Source of the DNA: Takakia lepidozioides
Lineage: Eukaryota > Plantae > Bryophyta
Direction of reading: 5' to 3'
Assembly (NCBI GenBank): GCA_030704615.1
Contig: CM060733.1
Location: 54,250,001 to 54,314,000, forward strand
Length of the DNA: 64,000 nt
The notes beneath the pieces are model-generated. The model did no database searches, was not told the origin of the DNA, and was given only the letters and a program-made list of their open reading frames with translations. The position numbers and the translations under genes were made by a program. Positions 36,930-49,152 of the stretch are shown here, in pieces (position 1 is the first letter of the stretch; each line of letters starts with the position of its first letter).

Positions 36930-38866
36930 GCTTCCAATTAGGGGTTTTTTGACATGGCATGCTGGCCCTATGTGGCTCATTTTGAAATCAAAAAACAGGC
37001 TGAGAGAAGGGCACAAACAGTGTGAAAATCTCAGTGGCTCCCATATTGGCCTTTCTTCTGGCCCTGTGGTCTTTCCTTGGTGCATACAACAATCGAGTGA
37101 GAATTAGCATAAAGGGGAGCAAAATCAGTGTGCTCTGAAGCACACTGTTTGGAGCTCCCAATTAGGGTTTTTTTGACATGGCATAGTTGCCATGTGTGGC
37201 CCATTTAGACATAAAAAAAAATAGGCTGAGATGGCGTCACAAACAGTGTGCGTTGGCGCATACTATTTGATGCTTCCAACTATGGGGTTTTTTGACATGG
37301 CATTCTGGCCCTATGTTGCCCATTTAGACATCAATAAACAAGCATAAAGGGGAGCAGAAACAGTGTGCTTTGAAGCACACTGTTTGGTGCTTCCAATTAG
37401 GGATTTTTTGACATGGCATACTGGCCCTGTGTGGCTCATTTTGAAATCAAAAAACAGGCTGAGTGAAGGGCACAGACAGTGTGTGTTGACGCACACTGTT
37501 TGATGCTTCCAACCATGGGGTTGTTTGACATGGCATTCTGGCACTATTTGGCCCATTTACACATCAAAAAATTAGCATAAAGGGGAGCAAAAATATTGTG
37601 CTTTGAAGACTCTTTGGAGCTCCCAATTAGTGGTTTTATGACATGGCATAGTGGCCTTGTGTGGCGCATCTAGACATCAAAAAACAAGCTGAGATGGCAG
37701 CACAAACAGTGTGCGTTGACGCACACTGTTTGGTGCTTCCCACTATGGGGTTTTTTGACATGGCATTCTGGCCCTGTGTTGCCCATTTGGACATCCATAA
37801 ACAAGCATTAAGGGGAGCTGAAACAGTGTGCTTTGCAGCACACTATTTGGAGCTCCCAATTAGGGGTTTTTTGACATGGCATATTGGCCTTGTGTGGCCC
37901 ATTTAGACATAAAAAAAACAGGCTGAGATGGCGGCACAAACAGTGTGCGTTGACGCACATTGTTTGGTGCTTCCAACTATGGGGTTTTGTGACGTGGCAT
38001 TCTTGCCCTCTGTTGCCCATTTAGACTTCAATAAACAAGCATAAAGGGGAACAAAAACAGTGGGCTTTGAAGCGCACTGTTTGGTGCTCCCAATTAGGGG
38101 TTTTTTTGCCATGGCAAACTGGCCTTGTGTGGCACATTTTGAAATCAAAAAACAGGCTGAGAGAGGGGCAGAAACAGTGTGCGTTGACGCACACTGTTTG
38201 ATGCATTTAAGTATGGGGGTTTTTTGACATGGCATTCAGGCCCCGTGTGGCCCATTTGGACATCCAAAAACAGGCTGAGAGAGGGGCACAAACAGTGTGT
38301 GTTGTCGCACACTGTTTGGTTCTTCCAACTACGGATGTTTTAAACTTTGCACAATGGCCCTGTGTGGCCCATTAAGACATGAAGAAACAACTAGAAAGGG
38401 GGGCACAAACAGTGTGCGTTGACTCACACTGTTTGATGCTTCCAACGATGGGGTGTTTTGACATGGCAAACTGGCCTTGTGTGGCCCATTTAGACATGAA
38501 AAAACAACCCAGAAAGGGGGGCCCAAAGAGTGTGCGTTGACGCACACTGTTTGGTGCTTCCAACTCTGGGGTTTTTTGACATGGCCTTCTGGCTCTATTT
38601 GGCCCATTTGGACATCCAAAAACAGGCTGAGAGAGGGGCAGAAACAGTGTGGCACACTGTCTGTTCAGAAACAGTGTGGCCCTGTGTGGCCCATTTGGAC
38701 ATGAAAAAACAACTAGAAGGGGGGTACAAACAGTGTGCGTTGACGCACACTGTTTGGTGCTTCCAACTATAGGGTTTTTTGACATGGCATTTTGGCCCTA
38801 TGTGGCCCATTTAGACATCAATAAACAAGCATAAAGGGGAGCACAAACAGTTTGCTTTGAAGCACA
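36930..38866 (+). repeat. Second block of the ~117-bp satellite (~16 units)
   Basis: Same unit and orientation as 22790-25035; ~80-bp foreign insert at ~37024-37103. Confidence 0.97.
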
Positions 38867-40673
38867 TGCCTCTTCCATTGGAGTCAATATCTGGCACATC
38901 ATACAAAGCGTTGCATTCGACCTGACCTCCAGTTGGAACACAGAAGGCTCTGCCTCCAGTACAAAATTGCCACCTGAATGGGAGAAGCTGAGAGCACTTA
39001 CCAAGCAATCCGGGCTTGGTGGTTCTCCTCTGGTGCTGCTATTGGGATCCACCTATAGGAGTTGGAGGACTGGTTGGTTTTCTGGCACTTCACGTACAGA
39101 CAGTGGGGAGCTTTCATGACGTCGGTAAACCTTTTCAATTCGAGAAACACAAATTTCACTTTGCATCGTGTCTGTTCCTTTGGGGTTCTTGGATTGTCAC
39201 TTGTAGAACCTCTTCCATTTCCTTTCATTTCTCACATTTGCGTGCAATGCCTCCTGCAGGACATGTCCTTGGAGGACTTGGCCGACATGCCTTCCTATAA
39301 TGTGGCAGAGACTGTTCACAACGCCTGGATGCAGCAGTCTACCAAAGCAGGACGTGACTTATATGTGGCCACTGCAGATGACATCGTGCGGGCACTTATA
39401 CAACAAACCAGATACCGCAATTTTTCTGATGGGACGGGGATGAGGCAAGGGCCCTGATACGACTTTGTTGATGCTAAGGGCTGCGAGTAGGACCGGAGAC
39501 CTATCAAAGATGGCGAGAGCTCTGAACAGGTGCACTGAAGGCTCCCATTTGCAATCCAGGGTCCCCCATTTGGAAGACGAGGAAACATTTGTATCATGTA
39601 AAAGGAAATTGAAAGCTCCTCCAGGGTCGGATGGAGATTCCCATCGGCCGGACTGGGTCAATTTCTCTGTACCAAAGGTGTCTCCGGTGTACACTAAGTC
39701 CCCTGCCCGCCCCTTCCCAGGTGTGTCCTCTTCCAGTGGAGCAGGTGCAGATCATGCAAGCACAGCAGCAGGAATCCCATTGGAGGATGTGGTGTCCTTG
39801 GTGCATGAATCTGATTGCATTGACAGTGAGTGGCATATAGAATGCACCCCACCAGGATCTAGAGTGGCTTGCATGGCAATTCGGACCCCCTCTTTCAAGA
39901 AATGCAAATCAAAAATATACAAAGGCTCCAGGGGGACTCCAACTCCAACATTCACAGGGTTGTTCCGACCTTATCATAGTGGGGAGTCAAAGAACCACAA
40001 GTTCTGGTTCTGCCCAGACGATATGGTACGATGCGTCAAGGGAACAGTTCGTCCTTCGGTGATAATGAAGCCCCCTCAGCCCGCAATTTGGCCTATGAAA
40101 CTTGGGACTTCGCTGTCATCAACCGAGATAAGCATGCTGGAGGAGGGAGGGTTCCGTCTTGCACGGTCCCTGGTGGTGCCCTCATGCACTCTGGGCACAG
40201 ATGTGCCACATGCTCCGGCTATGCCTCCACCCGGTGCCGACTCCCACCCAACTAAAAGAGATGGAAAAACAGTGCGCCATGTCGCTTCGGGTGCAGATCA
40301 CGACTGCAAGATGGAATCGGCTAGAACTTTGCAGGCTCGGGTGACTCGTATCATCGAAGTCCCGGCCTCGGGGTATGGACGGATTTACACAGTGTTGTCT
40401 GCTGGCTCAGTTCTTCATGGCAAAGAATATCAGGTTACCATGGGGAATTTCCCTTCGTGCACTTGTCCGGATTTTGTAACGATGCGTGAGGGCGCTCTCG
40501 GCATGAGAGGGAAGTGGGTCCCCTGCAAGCATCAATATTACATATACCTTATAATTATGTGTTGCAACGGTAAAAAAGACCAATTCATTCACCAAGCCAC
40601 ACTAGGCTATGGAGAAGTCATCACTCTTCTGCAGCGGGACACCTGCCGTGGGGCTCTGCTAGATTCTATGTGA
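38867..40673 (+). pseudogene. Second MULE-type transposase, C-terminal half with SWIM zinc finger
   Basis: CLFHW (CxxH) at 38867; intron ~39121-39259; PSYNVAETVHN (catalytic E region); YQVTMGNFPSCTCPDF..VPCKHQYY (SWIM); internal stops. Confidence 0.8.
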
Positions 40674-41699
40674 ACAAAAACGAGCCATGCCCACTTCCCG
40701 TGCTGGTTTCCAGCTTATCGTGTGGAGTCTTTGCATGTAGGACAAACACATATATTTCGTTCGCGGAACCACGGCAAATGCACATGCCATTCATTGTAGG
40801 CGTCTTTCTCTGAATTGAAATAAAGTGTGACGATCATTCTGAGCTCAAATCTGCCATATGTTCATATTCTTGTTTTTGTGCAGACATTGCAGACATGGTG
40901 CATGGTGACCCCTTTGTTTTGTCCACGTTTGTCCACGGTAATAGGCCCTCTTTCTGCAATCCTCGCCTATAGGGCTTGCTTCTCCAGCACATTGGTGCCG
41001 CTCACGCTTCCCTGAAGCGTGAGCTCAGCTCACGCTTTGCAACTACAACGTGAGCTCAGCTCCCAGGCTCACGGGGCTGGGCTCACGCCGTAGCTACGCT
41101 GTCGTGTGTTGCTTGTTGTTGTTTGTTGTTTGACTGTTTAGAACCAACAGACTCGTCCGGTTGTGAAGAATCCCTTTGCATGACTCCATGGACTTTCGTG
41201 GCAACATCGGAGTCCATCGTTTCAAGCCACAACCTCTTTTGTTCATATGCTTCTACTATTTTTGCTTTGTTGTTCGCCTATTCGTGGGACTGTTTGAGCG
41301 CGGGGAAGACGTCTTGTTTACATTGAGTTTACAGTGCAGACTTGAATGGAAGTATTTAGGTCTTTGCTAACAAGTATGACTCATTTTAGCGACAGCAATT
41401 GAGAATCAGCCTTTCCCTTGTCACACTGTCTTGTTCGAGGCTTGTCCTCCATATAGCATGTGTGGAATGGCATTGCAAAAATAACGGAAGCATATGTGCA
41501 TGGTTGGCTGTATAAAATTCGGATTTCCTCCCGAATTCCGTCTCTTGGATGTTGTTTGCAGGTGGACCCATCGATGCAGGACGAAATGGGCATGTGTGGC
41601 GGAATTTTTTGTGCACCGAACTAGTGGACCTTCCAAATGTTACCATGACAATGCAGGGATGCGGAGACCCAGCCGGGGGACCATTGAAATGGTGAAACG

Positions 41700-42075
41700 G
41701 GTAGGGACACACTGCAGACAGAGGGCAGACCAGGAGAAGAGAAGAGTGCACCATGCCAGTCCAGACGAGAAGACCGAACCAACAGACCAGCCTGGAGAAC
41801 TCTGGTCAAACCCGGACGGCAGACCGAGTGCAGACAATCTTTGCCGCACGAATGCGACAGACCGCTGCCACAGACCTGCACGACAGACCCTTTTGACAGA
41901 CCCGTTCGACATACCGTACGGCAGACCCGACTGACAGGCCCGATTGACATACCCGATTGAGAGGCCCGACTGACAGACCCGACTGACATACCCATTTGAC
42001 AGACCCGTTTGACAGACCCGATTGACAGATCGTCGGCAGACCGGCATGGCGGAAGGACTTAGGGCAGACCATGGA
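41700..42075 (+). repeat. CAGACC/GACAGACCCG degenerate tandem repeat
   Basis: More than 15 CAGAC(C) units. Confidence 0.8.
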
Positions 42076-42439
42076 AGACCTTGACGGCGGCCACTATTGT
42101 GCCGCCGAGACGTTTGATGTTTTGGTGGCATTCCAATGGCCGACGTGCATGGCCTCTTCCGCACGTGTGCATGGCCTCGGCGGCCGCACGCGTGCTCCTG
42201 TCATGCTTAGCAGTGAGCCGTTATGTTGGGGTCCTCGCCTCTTCCTCCTCTTGCGTCTTTTGCATCTCTCCACTTTGCTCTTGCACGCTGTGTTGCGCTT
42301 CACGGTTCTGCCTCTTCGACTCGACGATTCGTTTGTAGCGCCCGCCCGCTCTTCAAAGGCCGCGTGCCCGTCGTTGCCGAAGTGCAAAGGTATCAACTTC
42401 ACCAGACTTCTTCACCGCGAGACCTTCATTTCGTTTTTT

Positions 42440-43585
42440 GCTTGCTCTTCTTCATTTGCATTCAGCAGACCGTCTTTGACACAATTCCTCCTTATGTTGC
42501 AGCCATGAAAGAAGCTTGCCCAAAGGTTGGAGCCGATTGGGTGGAATATGTGCATGCCCCTCGCCACAAAGCCAAGAGAAAGTATCGGTATGAGCCAAGT
42601 GAGTACGATGCTAAAATAGTAGAAGCATTTTTGGATTTGCGCATAGCGAAGGAGAAAAAGAACTGGCCAAAGGATTGGTTTCAGTGCCCCTTTTGCCCCG
42701 ATATTGTCAAGGACAAAGAGACTCTAAACCGCCATGCCCTTGATGGAGGATGCAAAGGTATGGTCCCTGAGAACTTCAAGCCTTGGCCCAAGCCAAGTTC
42801 GTCTAAGGCCGCAAAAGAAATCACTACAAAGTGTAGGGGTGCGCATTCCGTCGCTCGGTCTGCTGAGGGAAGTGCGGCAGCGTTATTACACTAGAGCCGG
42901 CCTGCTGGGCCCCGGCCGCGTTGTGCCTGTGAAGAAAATGAAGCTCAGTGATGGAGCTAAAAAAATGTAGACCGCAAAAGTCACAGATCTGCCAGTACCA
43001 GTACTGGCAGACCATGGGATAGGAGAGTGAGTAGCAAAGAATTGCAACCAGGTTGGTCCCAGCAGACCACCACCAGCAGACCACAGGCTGACGTTGCAAC
43101 TTTGTCATCAAGTGGGGATGACTCAAGTGAGGAAGACTCCCATGAAGAGGAGGATCATGTTCAGGACATGTCGACGGAGCGGCCGCGACTAGTTGTGAGA
43201 CCGTACTTGGTGAACGACCCCATTGGGTACGCCCCGCCGGTACATGACATAAACCTAGACTCGGACATCCCCATGGAGGAATCACACCCTCAAACAGACC
43301 CACGAAGCACACCACATATCAAACCCAACAGGCAGACCAAGAACCAGCAGACCCTGACTGATGCTCATGGAGATGTAACGGGCACCCCTGTCCGCCCTGG
43401 TACATTGTACCTTCTTCCCCAGGGTCTTCTGCCAGACCAATACCCAGATGAATCAGATCCGGACTTTTTCCATTTTTTGTATGGTTACGTGAGATCAGTG
43501 CAGATACAGACCATTGACACAGCAGAGAAGAAGTGGGTGGAGGCACGATCACACCCAAGGGATGAAAACTACAACGGCCTCCAGG
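42440..43585 (+). pseudogene. TE accessory gene with C2HC-like zinc finger and acidic linker
   Basis: FQCPFCPDIVKDKETLNRHALDGGC; D/E/S-rich stretch; ends at CAG|GT donor ~43583; frameshifts and stops. Confidence 0.5.
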
Positions 43586-44260
43586 TACTTGAACGACTCT
43601 TTCTATGGTCTACCGTATTTGAGTGTTTCGATTTCTTGGTTGCAACGAGTGATATACTATGTTGGGTGTTGTATGTGTGGCCTACTGTTGTCGGTCTACT
43701 GTTCTGGGTCTGCTATTCTGTACATGGTACTGCATTACTTGTTCTGGCTGTGGTCTGCTGCATAGGTCCAGAACCGGTGCGTCTACTTTCCCATGTTGCA
43801 AATCATGGTATAGTGTTCTTTATTATTGTTATATATGTGGTCTGCCGGGAACGGACAACTGTTTTGGGTCTGCTTGAAAGTGAAAGGCAATATGTATTTC
43901 TATGGTTTGGTTGTGAATATGCATATGGATGAAAACCGCATGTACATGTGAGACAGGTGGAAAACGGTTGGTGACAATGCCATTATGTAATGCATTTGTA
44001 ACGCCTACACTGTCGGTGGCATGTCCCCGTCATTGTCTCGCCCAGGTTGGTATTGCTCTGGCTGAGGGTTCATGTAACACAGGTTGTGCATCATTAGGTC
44101 TCACACTTCTCCATCTCATTGTCTTCATTTTTTCCTACTTGCACACCCACTTGTGCCATACCAATTTCATTGAGGTCATCCTTGCCATAGTTTTCTTGGG
44201 TTTTCTGCCCACATGAGGTCTTCGTGTTGCAGGTGTTAGGGTCCTCTTGTACGTCTCATA

Positions 44261-44990
44261 CACTACAATACAAGCTGGACTTTTCGACTCTGTATTTCAC
44301 TCATTTTTTTAGTCGTCTGCGACATTTTTACTCCCAGCCTCCATAGTCGAACATGCGTGACAAAGGTCAAGTCGTTTCAGTCAAGCAGACGAATCCAGAT
44401 GCCAGGTTCTGACAGTGAAATGTGACAGTAAAACCAAGTTGCGACGTGTAGGCAGCACAGTATGACGTGGATGTGACGTGGATGCGACGTGGCTATGACA
44501 TGGCTATGACGTGTAGTAAAGTGGTTTAACTGAATTATAATGTGGATGCATGACGTGTAGTGAAGTGGTTCTACAGTCGTATGACGTGGATGAATGACGT
44601 ACAGTAACGTAGTTTAACTGAAGTATGACGTGGACGTATGACGTGTAGTAAAGTGGCTTAACCTCAGTGTGAGGACATCAAATAAAGTGGTTTAACAGAA
44701 GTATGACGTGTAGTAAAGTACGGGATGACATGTTTGACTTTAAGTGATTGTAATCTACTCAAACTACAGAAATTATTACTATTTTGCGTGGAAGGCTACT
44801 GTATATAGTAAAGTGAAGTACTGTCGAGTAGCATGGTATATATCTTCTACTATACTATGACTGTATCAGTGGAACATAATGACTATGTGCCATGATTTTT
44901 AATATACGGTTTGACTGTGAGACAGTGATAGTGAGTTCGCTTGACTGTGTATAATGTAGTATTTTACTGTGAAGCAGTAAAAGAGGACAT
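44261..44990 (+). mobile_element. CACTA terminus (CACTACAATACA..) with subterminal repeats
   Basis: Preceded by ATA (44258-44260); 20 of the first 28 nt match the reverse complement of the 18567 end; AGTC(A/G)A / TTGACTGT motifs and TGACGTG cluster. Confidence 0.8.
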
Positions 44991-45029
44991 ATTTTAATAA
45001 AAATATTTCACTCTGGGATGTACATAAAT

Positions 45030-45031
45030 AT

Positions 45032-45065
<34 letters not shown>
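45030..45065. repeat. (TA)n microsatellite
   Basis: Directly visible. Confidence 0.95.
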
Positions 45066-45458
45066 TGAAATTAGGGAGGCTTTTTGTTTAATATTTGTTT
45101 GTTTTTGTTTTTGTGGATTCTGTTATTTTATTTATTTACTTTTTATTTTATATGAATATATATGTAAATTAGTGGGTTTTGTATTTAAATTTTTTGATTC
45201 GCTGCACTGCATTGAAAATATCTTACAAATACAACAAAACATAGAATACAAATACATGGCAGGAACTCGGAACATTTGGATGGCTCAAAACTGGCTTATA
45301 TCAAGAGTGTTTTGCAAAACAAGTTTTGGCCACATCGAGCATGAGGGCCCATGTTGCCATATCCATAGATCACTGCCCAAGTTAAGTCATTGAGTAAGGA
45401 AAATTTGCTTTTCAGCTAGGTCCAGCACTATCGTGGACATGTCAAGAGAACATCTGAA

Positions 45459-46640
45459 TCATTTTGTGAATGAATTCAGGAACTTGTAGTTCCACAGAAC
45501 GGTGGTGCCTACCATGTCACCCAAAGTGACCTCACTATCAGAAGCCTTGGTGTTGCAAGAAGGTATAATGTGCGTTGGCTCAATAGCATTTTCAACTTGA
45601 ACACTATAGTACCCATCTGGCAACGAGCCCACTTTGCCATAAACCCCAACAATCTTGCCCCAACCAACAACCAGACCTGCTTTCTTAAAGCTGCGCAAAT
45701 AGACCTTGTATCCTTTCTTTAAACTGCATGCCAACACACTAGCAGTTCAATATCGACAGTTCAGACTTCAAATCAAACCAAAGATGAAACGAACAGTCTA
45801 GTCTCCGCAATACTTACTTGCAATAAAACCACAATGTTCGAAAACTGCAAACATCAAGGAAAGATCAAATTACCGCTGCGGGTGGGGCACTCTCAGCCCA
45901 AGCAGCACTGGCATGTCCTCGAGTTGCAGGCCGGTTGGTTGTTGGCCGTGCATCACACAGTTCCTTGCATTGTAAGTCAGACCTCTGCCTCCAAAAAAAT
46001 ACGTACCCATGAGTCAGACCGCATGGAACAAAGCGCAAAAATGCTACCGTTCACATCAACCCCCTTTATAGCCACCAAGGCTCTCAGTGCTGCAACCATC
46101 TAGGCTAATGTCATCAGTTGTCATCACCTGCCATGAGCTCCAACAAAGGCAACCAACATACCTTTCCGTTGTTTCAAGCCAACATTAAGAGAGGAATGCG
46201 TTGAGGTAATAAATTGATCGATAGGAAGAAATATTACCTCTTGTTCTGAATGGTGTACTTTGCCAGGTGAGGAATGTTTGCTCTCCATACTGTGGGTGCC
46301 CTCTGGAGTGGGGACATCTTCACCACCATCAGACGGCAGCTGCTGGGCTCTGCCACCTATTTTCCTCTTTGCACCCCCCCCCACCCTTACCCTTTCCCCC
46401 CTGACAACTCTCCCCTTGTGCAACATGACCTTCCAAAGCAGTTGCAGATGAGGAAAGGTTCAGAGTCTGCCCTGCTTTCAACTTCACCGGGACCCCACCT
46501 CTTCTTTTACCTTTTTCCTTAGCTCCTCCCTTCACCCTCTTGTTGTTGTCCATCTCTCCGACATTTTCCTCATATTGTGAACTAGAATCTTTGGATTTAC
46601 TGGGATCATCAGACGTTGTATGTGTCCCACCAGGCGTTGC
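45459..46640 (-). pseudogene. CACTA TnpA-like C-terminal part (Tnp1/Transposase_23-type)
   Basis: KVYLRS..VVGWGKIVG..LPDGYYSVQVE..IP..VTLGDMVGTTVLWN in the last exon; upstream low-complexity exons. Confidence 0.7.
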
Positions 46641-46993
46641 GCGTGCCATGTCGTGCGCATACATATCGCTACACAACTACATCGCTGTCCAAACCACACC
46701 ACACATATATGCACAATAAAGTAGTCTGCCACAATCGCCCCCCTAGCTGGTGGATAGGTCCCTCTACCTCCAGATAGCTACAAGATGAAATAGCCACAAC
46801 CGTACTAAGTCCTCTATCACTGTCCCTATTGTACTCAAACTCTATAGACCAAGAGGCCGGGTACAAGAGTAGCCCCATCGTTAGTCGCCGTCTTGCAATC
46901 TGTGAACTTGAGCCAGGATCTCGTGTGTTCAAGGTCTCCTAGTAGCTGGGCCTTGGGTTTCTTGTTAGCCTTCCATGGTTGTATCCACTCCCA

Positions 46994-48076
46994 CTATCCA
47001 ATGCAATGTGGACATAACCAATCCCCATCTGGAACCATCTCAAGAGGTGGAGTCAAGCATCCCATATGCCAACCTCTAGAGCATCGATCACACACCAGCA
47101 TGGTGGCTGCCCCTTTAGCAGACCCACACAACATGCACCTCAAACCTGCAGATACCACTGCCAGGTTTGGGTCAATCCTGCCATCGACATTCGGAAGGTG
47201 ACATGGCGCACAATTACGCACATGGTCCTTCCAAGTTATGCCATCCCGACCCTCCAAGACCAAGACGCCTGAGGGCAAGACCTCTCGAATCCTCAAAATA
47301 ACACATCCTGCAGTCACATCCAGGGTCGTAGGAGCAGTCTGCTGCAGATAGACATAGTCAACAGGGTTGAATCTCCGAACCCCAGGACGATAGCCCCACC
47401 ACGTATGGTAGCATACCTCAACGTATCACGGTGTTGTGCAATGGCAAGGTTCTCAAAAGCCATGGGCATGACTCTCTTGAACAACTCTGCACGCTGCTCA
47501 CATGCACGTGCCCACACGTCCGGATCGTCAAGGTTAAGAACTGTAGCAGCTTCTCTGCGAATGGATGTAGGCAAATCCGGCTCTCGGCCAAAGAGAAGAA
47601 AGTATGGTGAGAAGGAGGCAAGTGATGCTTGCTTGCTGAACCTGTAGCCCATGGCTAACCAGGGTAACTGAAGGTCCCAATCTCCTAGGTGTCCCTTCTG
47701 CAAGCCATACTTGCGCAAACCCCTCTTTACTGTCTGAACAACTCTCTCTGCCAAGCCATCGGCCTCAGGATGATCCCGAGAAGTGGTGCGGTGGTCTATC
47801 AAGGCCTTGTCACACAAAGCCTGAAACTCCCCCAAGAACTCTTTCCCTTGGTCCGTGAGTACCTCAGCTGGAGCACCGAATCGGCTAAGCACACACCAGG
47901 AACGCATACGCAGCTCCCTCACTAGCCTTATCAGGCAATGGAACCAATTCAATCCACTTGGAGAAGTGCTCCACCATCACCAACACGTACTTGTTGTGGC
48001 GCATGGTCAGTGGCAACGGCCCTGCGAAGTCAAGACTGCACCTGTAGCCCAATCCCATGATCGGAAGAGGGTGCAA
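46994..48076 (-). pseudogene. Integrase core with C-terminal PHD finger
   Basis: SLDFAGP, VLTDQGKEF, ADGLAERVV (DDE); CMLC..MLVCDRCSRGWHMGCLTPPL..VPDGDWLCPHC (C4HC3); frameshifts. Confidence 0.93.
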
Positions 48077-48400
48077 GTGTCACGGACATTTGTGCTTTGA
48101 GTGCTGGTGTTGTAATTCTCCAAGAACTCCCTGCACAGCTCGTCATGCTTAAGGTTCCAGTCCAGCATGGTGATGAAGTATCGCAGGCCAAGACTATCCA
48201 ATGTCTCCCGTGTCTCTGTGTCTTGCTCGATCTTCTGCAACGCCGGGCTGATTTTGAGATTCACTTACACATAAGAACTTGGTGCCTTCCGTTTGGTGCC
48301 TGCCATTTTCCTTAGTTTTGCAGTTGCTGTAAGGAATTGGAGCACCAATTCCTGTATCACAAGCAGTATAAAGCACACTGGAAGTTGTGTAGACAACAAT
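48077..48400 (-). pseudogene. Foreign fragment homologous to the 3' extra ORF of the other Gypsy element
   Basis: LDSLGLRYFITMLDWNLKHDELCREFLENYNTSTQSTNVRD aligns with LRELRLEGLLRKDWSLHHRQFMIQFLHNFEPRTGVTQVRG (~28400-28280). Confidence 0.6.
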
Positions 48401-48409
48401 TTCCAGTTT

Positions 48410-48828
48410 GCGGAAGAGAAGGTGACGAGTAGGACCCTGAGGCCAGCAATGAGCAAGGTGGCACCAAAGATATACATGAGGATTCAGTTGTGTTGGACTA
48501 CCTTCGCACTGGAGACACGGCAGCCACTGTGACTGCCAAGGAGAGGGATCGGATCCTACAACGAGCCAAGAGGTTCAAGTGGGAGGGGACACACCTGCTC
48601 CGAGTGTGGGAGGATGGTCGAGTGAGGATTGTGCCTCACCCAACACAGCGGGCACGGTTAGTGCGCCATGCCCATGAGGAGTTGGGGCATTTTGGGGTGC
48701 GACGCACTCATAGTCTACTGCAAGGGCAGTATTGGTGGCGTGGTATGCACACAGAGGTGCAACAATTTGTGGCTAGGTGCATGGTGTATGACAGGGTGCG
48801 TGCTTCATTCAACGCCCCTACTCCACAC
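48410..48828 (+). pseudogene. Inverted integrase N-terminal zinc-binding segment
   Basis: LVRHAHEELGHFGVRRT..YWWRGM..FVARCMV(Y)DR..FNAPTPH; logically continues into LHPLPIMG at 48076 on the opposite strand. Confidence 0.9.
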
Positions 48829-49087
48829 ATCACTTGTAGCAGAGTTAGAATGCTAGGCTTCTCTTCACTTTAGCTTTATGCATATTAGGCAGTAGTCGTG
48901 CCATCTGAAACATGTTGTGATAATTGGGGGACAGGATGCGGGACCTATGGCTCATCTAGTGCGCCCACACTCGTACATTAAGGTGTCTCCATTTCTCAAT
49001 CTTGAGGGTTGTATGAATCTCATTTTTCTCTAGGCTTTGTCCTTCAATGGCTAGTTGAGGTCATCCATCAGGGGTAGCATGTATCAT

Positions 49088-49152
49088 CTGTTTGATGCTT
49101 CCAACCATGGGGTTGTTTGACATGGCATTCTGGCACTATTTGGCCCATTTAG
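49088..49152 (+). repeat. Orphan partial unit of the 117-bp satellite
   Basis: CTGTTTGATGCTTCCAACCATGGGGTTGTTTGACATGGCATTCTGGCACTATTTGGCCCATTTA, near-identical to 24267-24330. Confidence 0.92.

Noticed and set aside
22933-38834. Many short ORFs within the satellite blocks
   Set aside because: Translations of tandem repeats with no independent coding signal.
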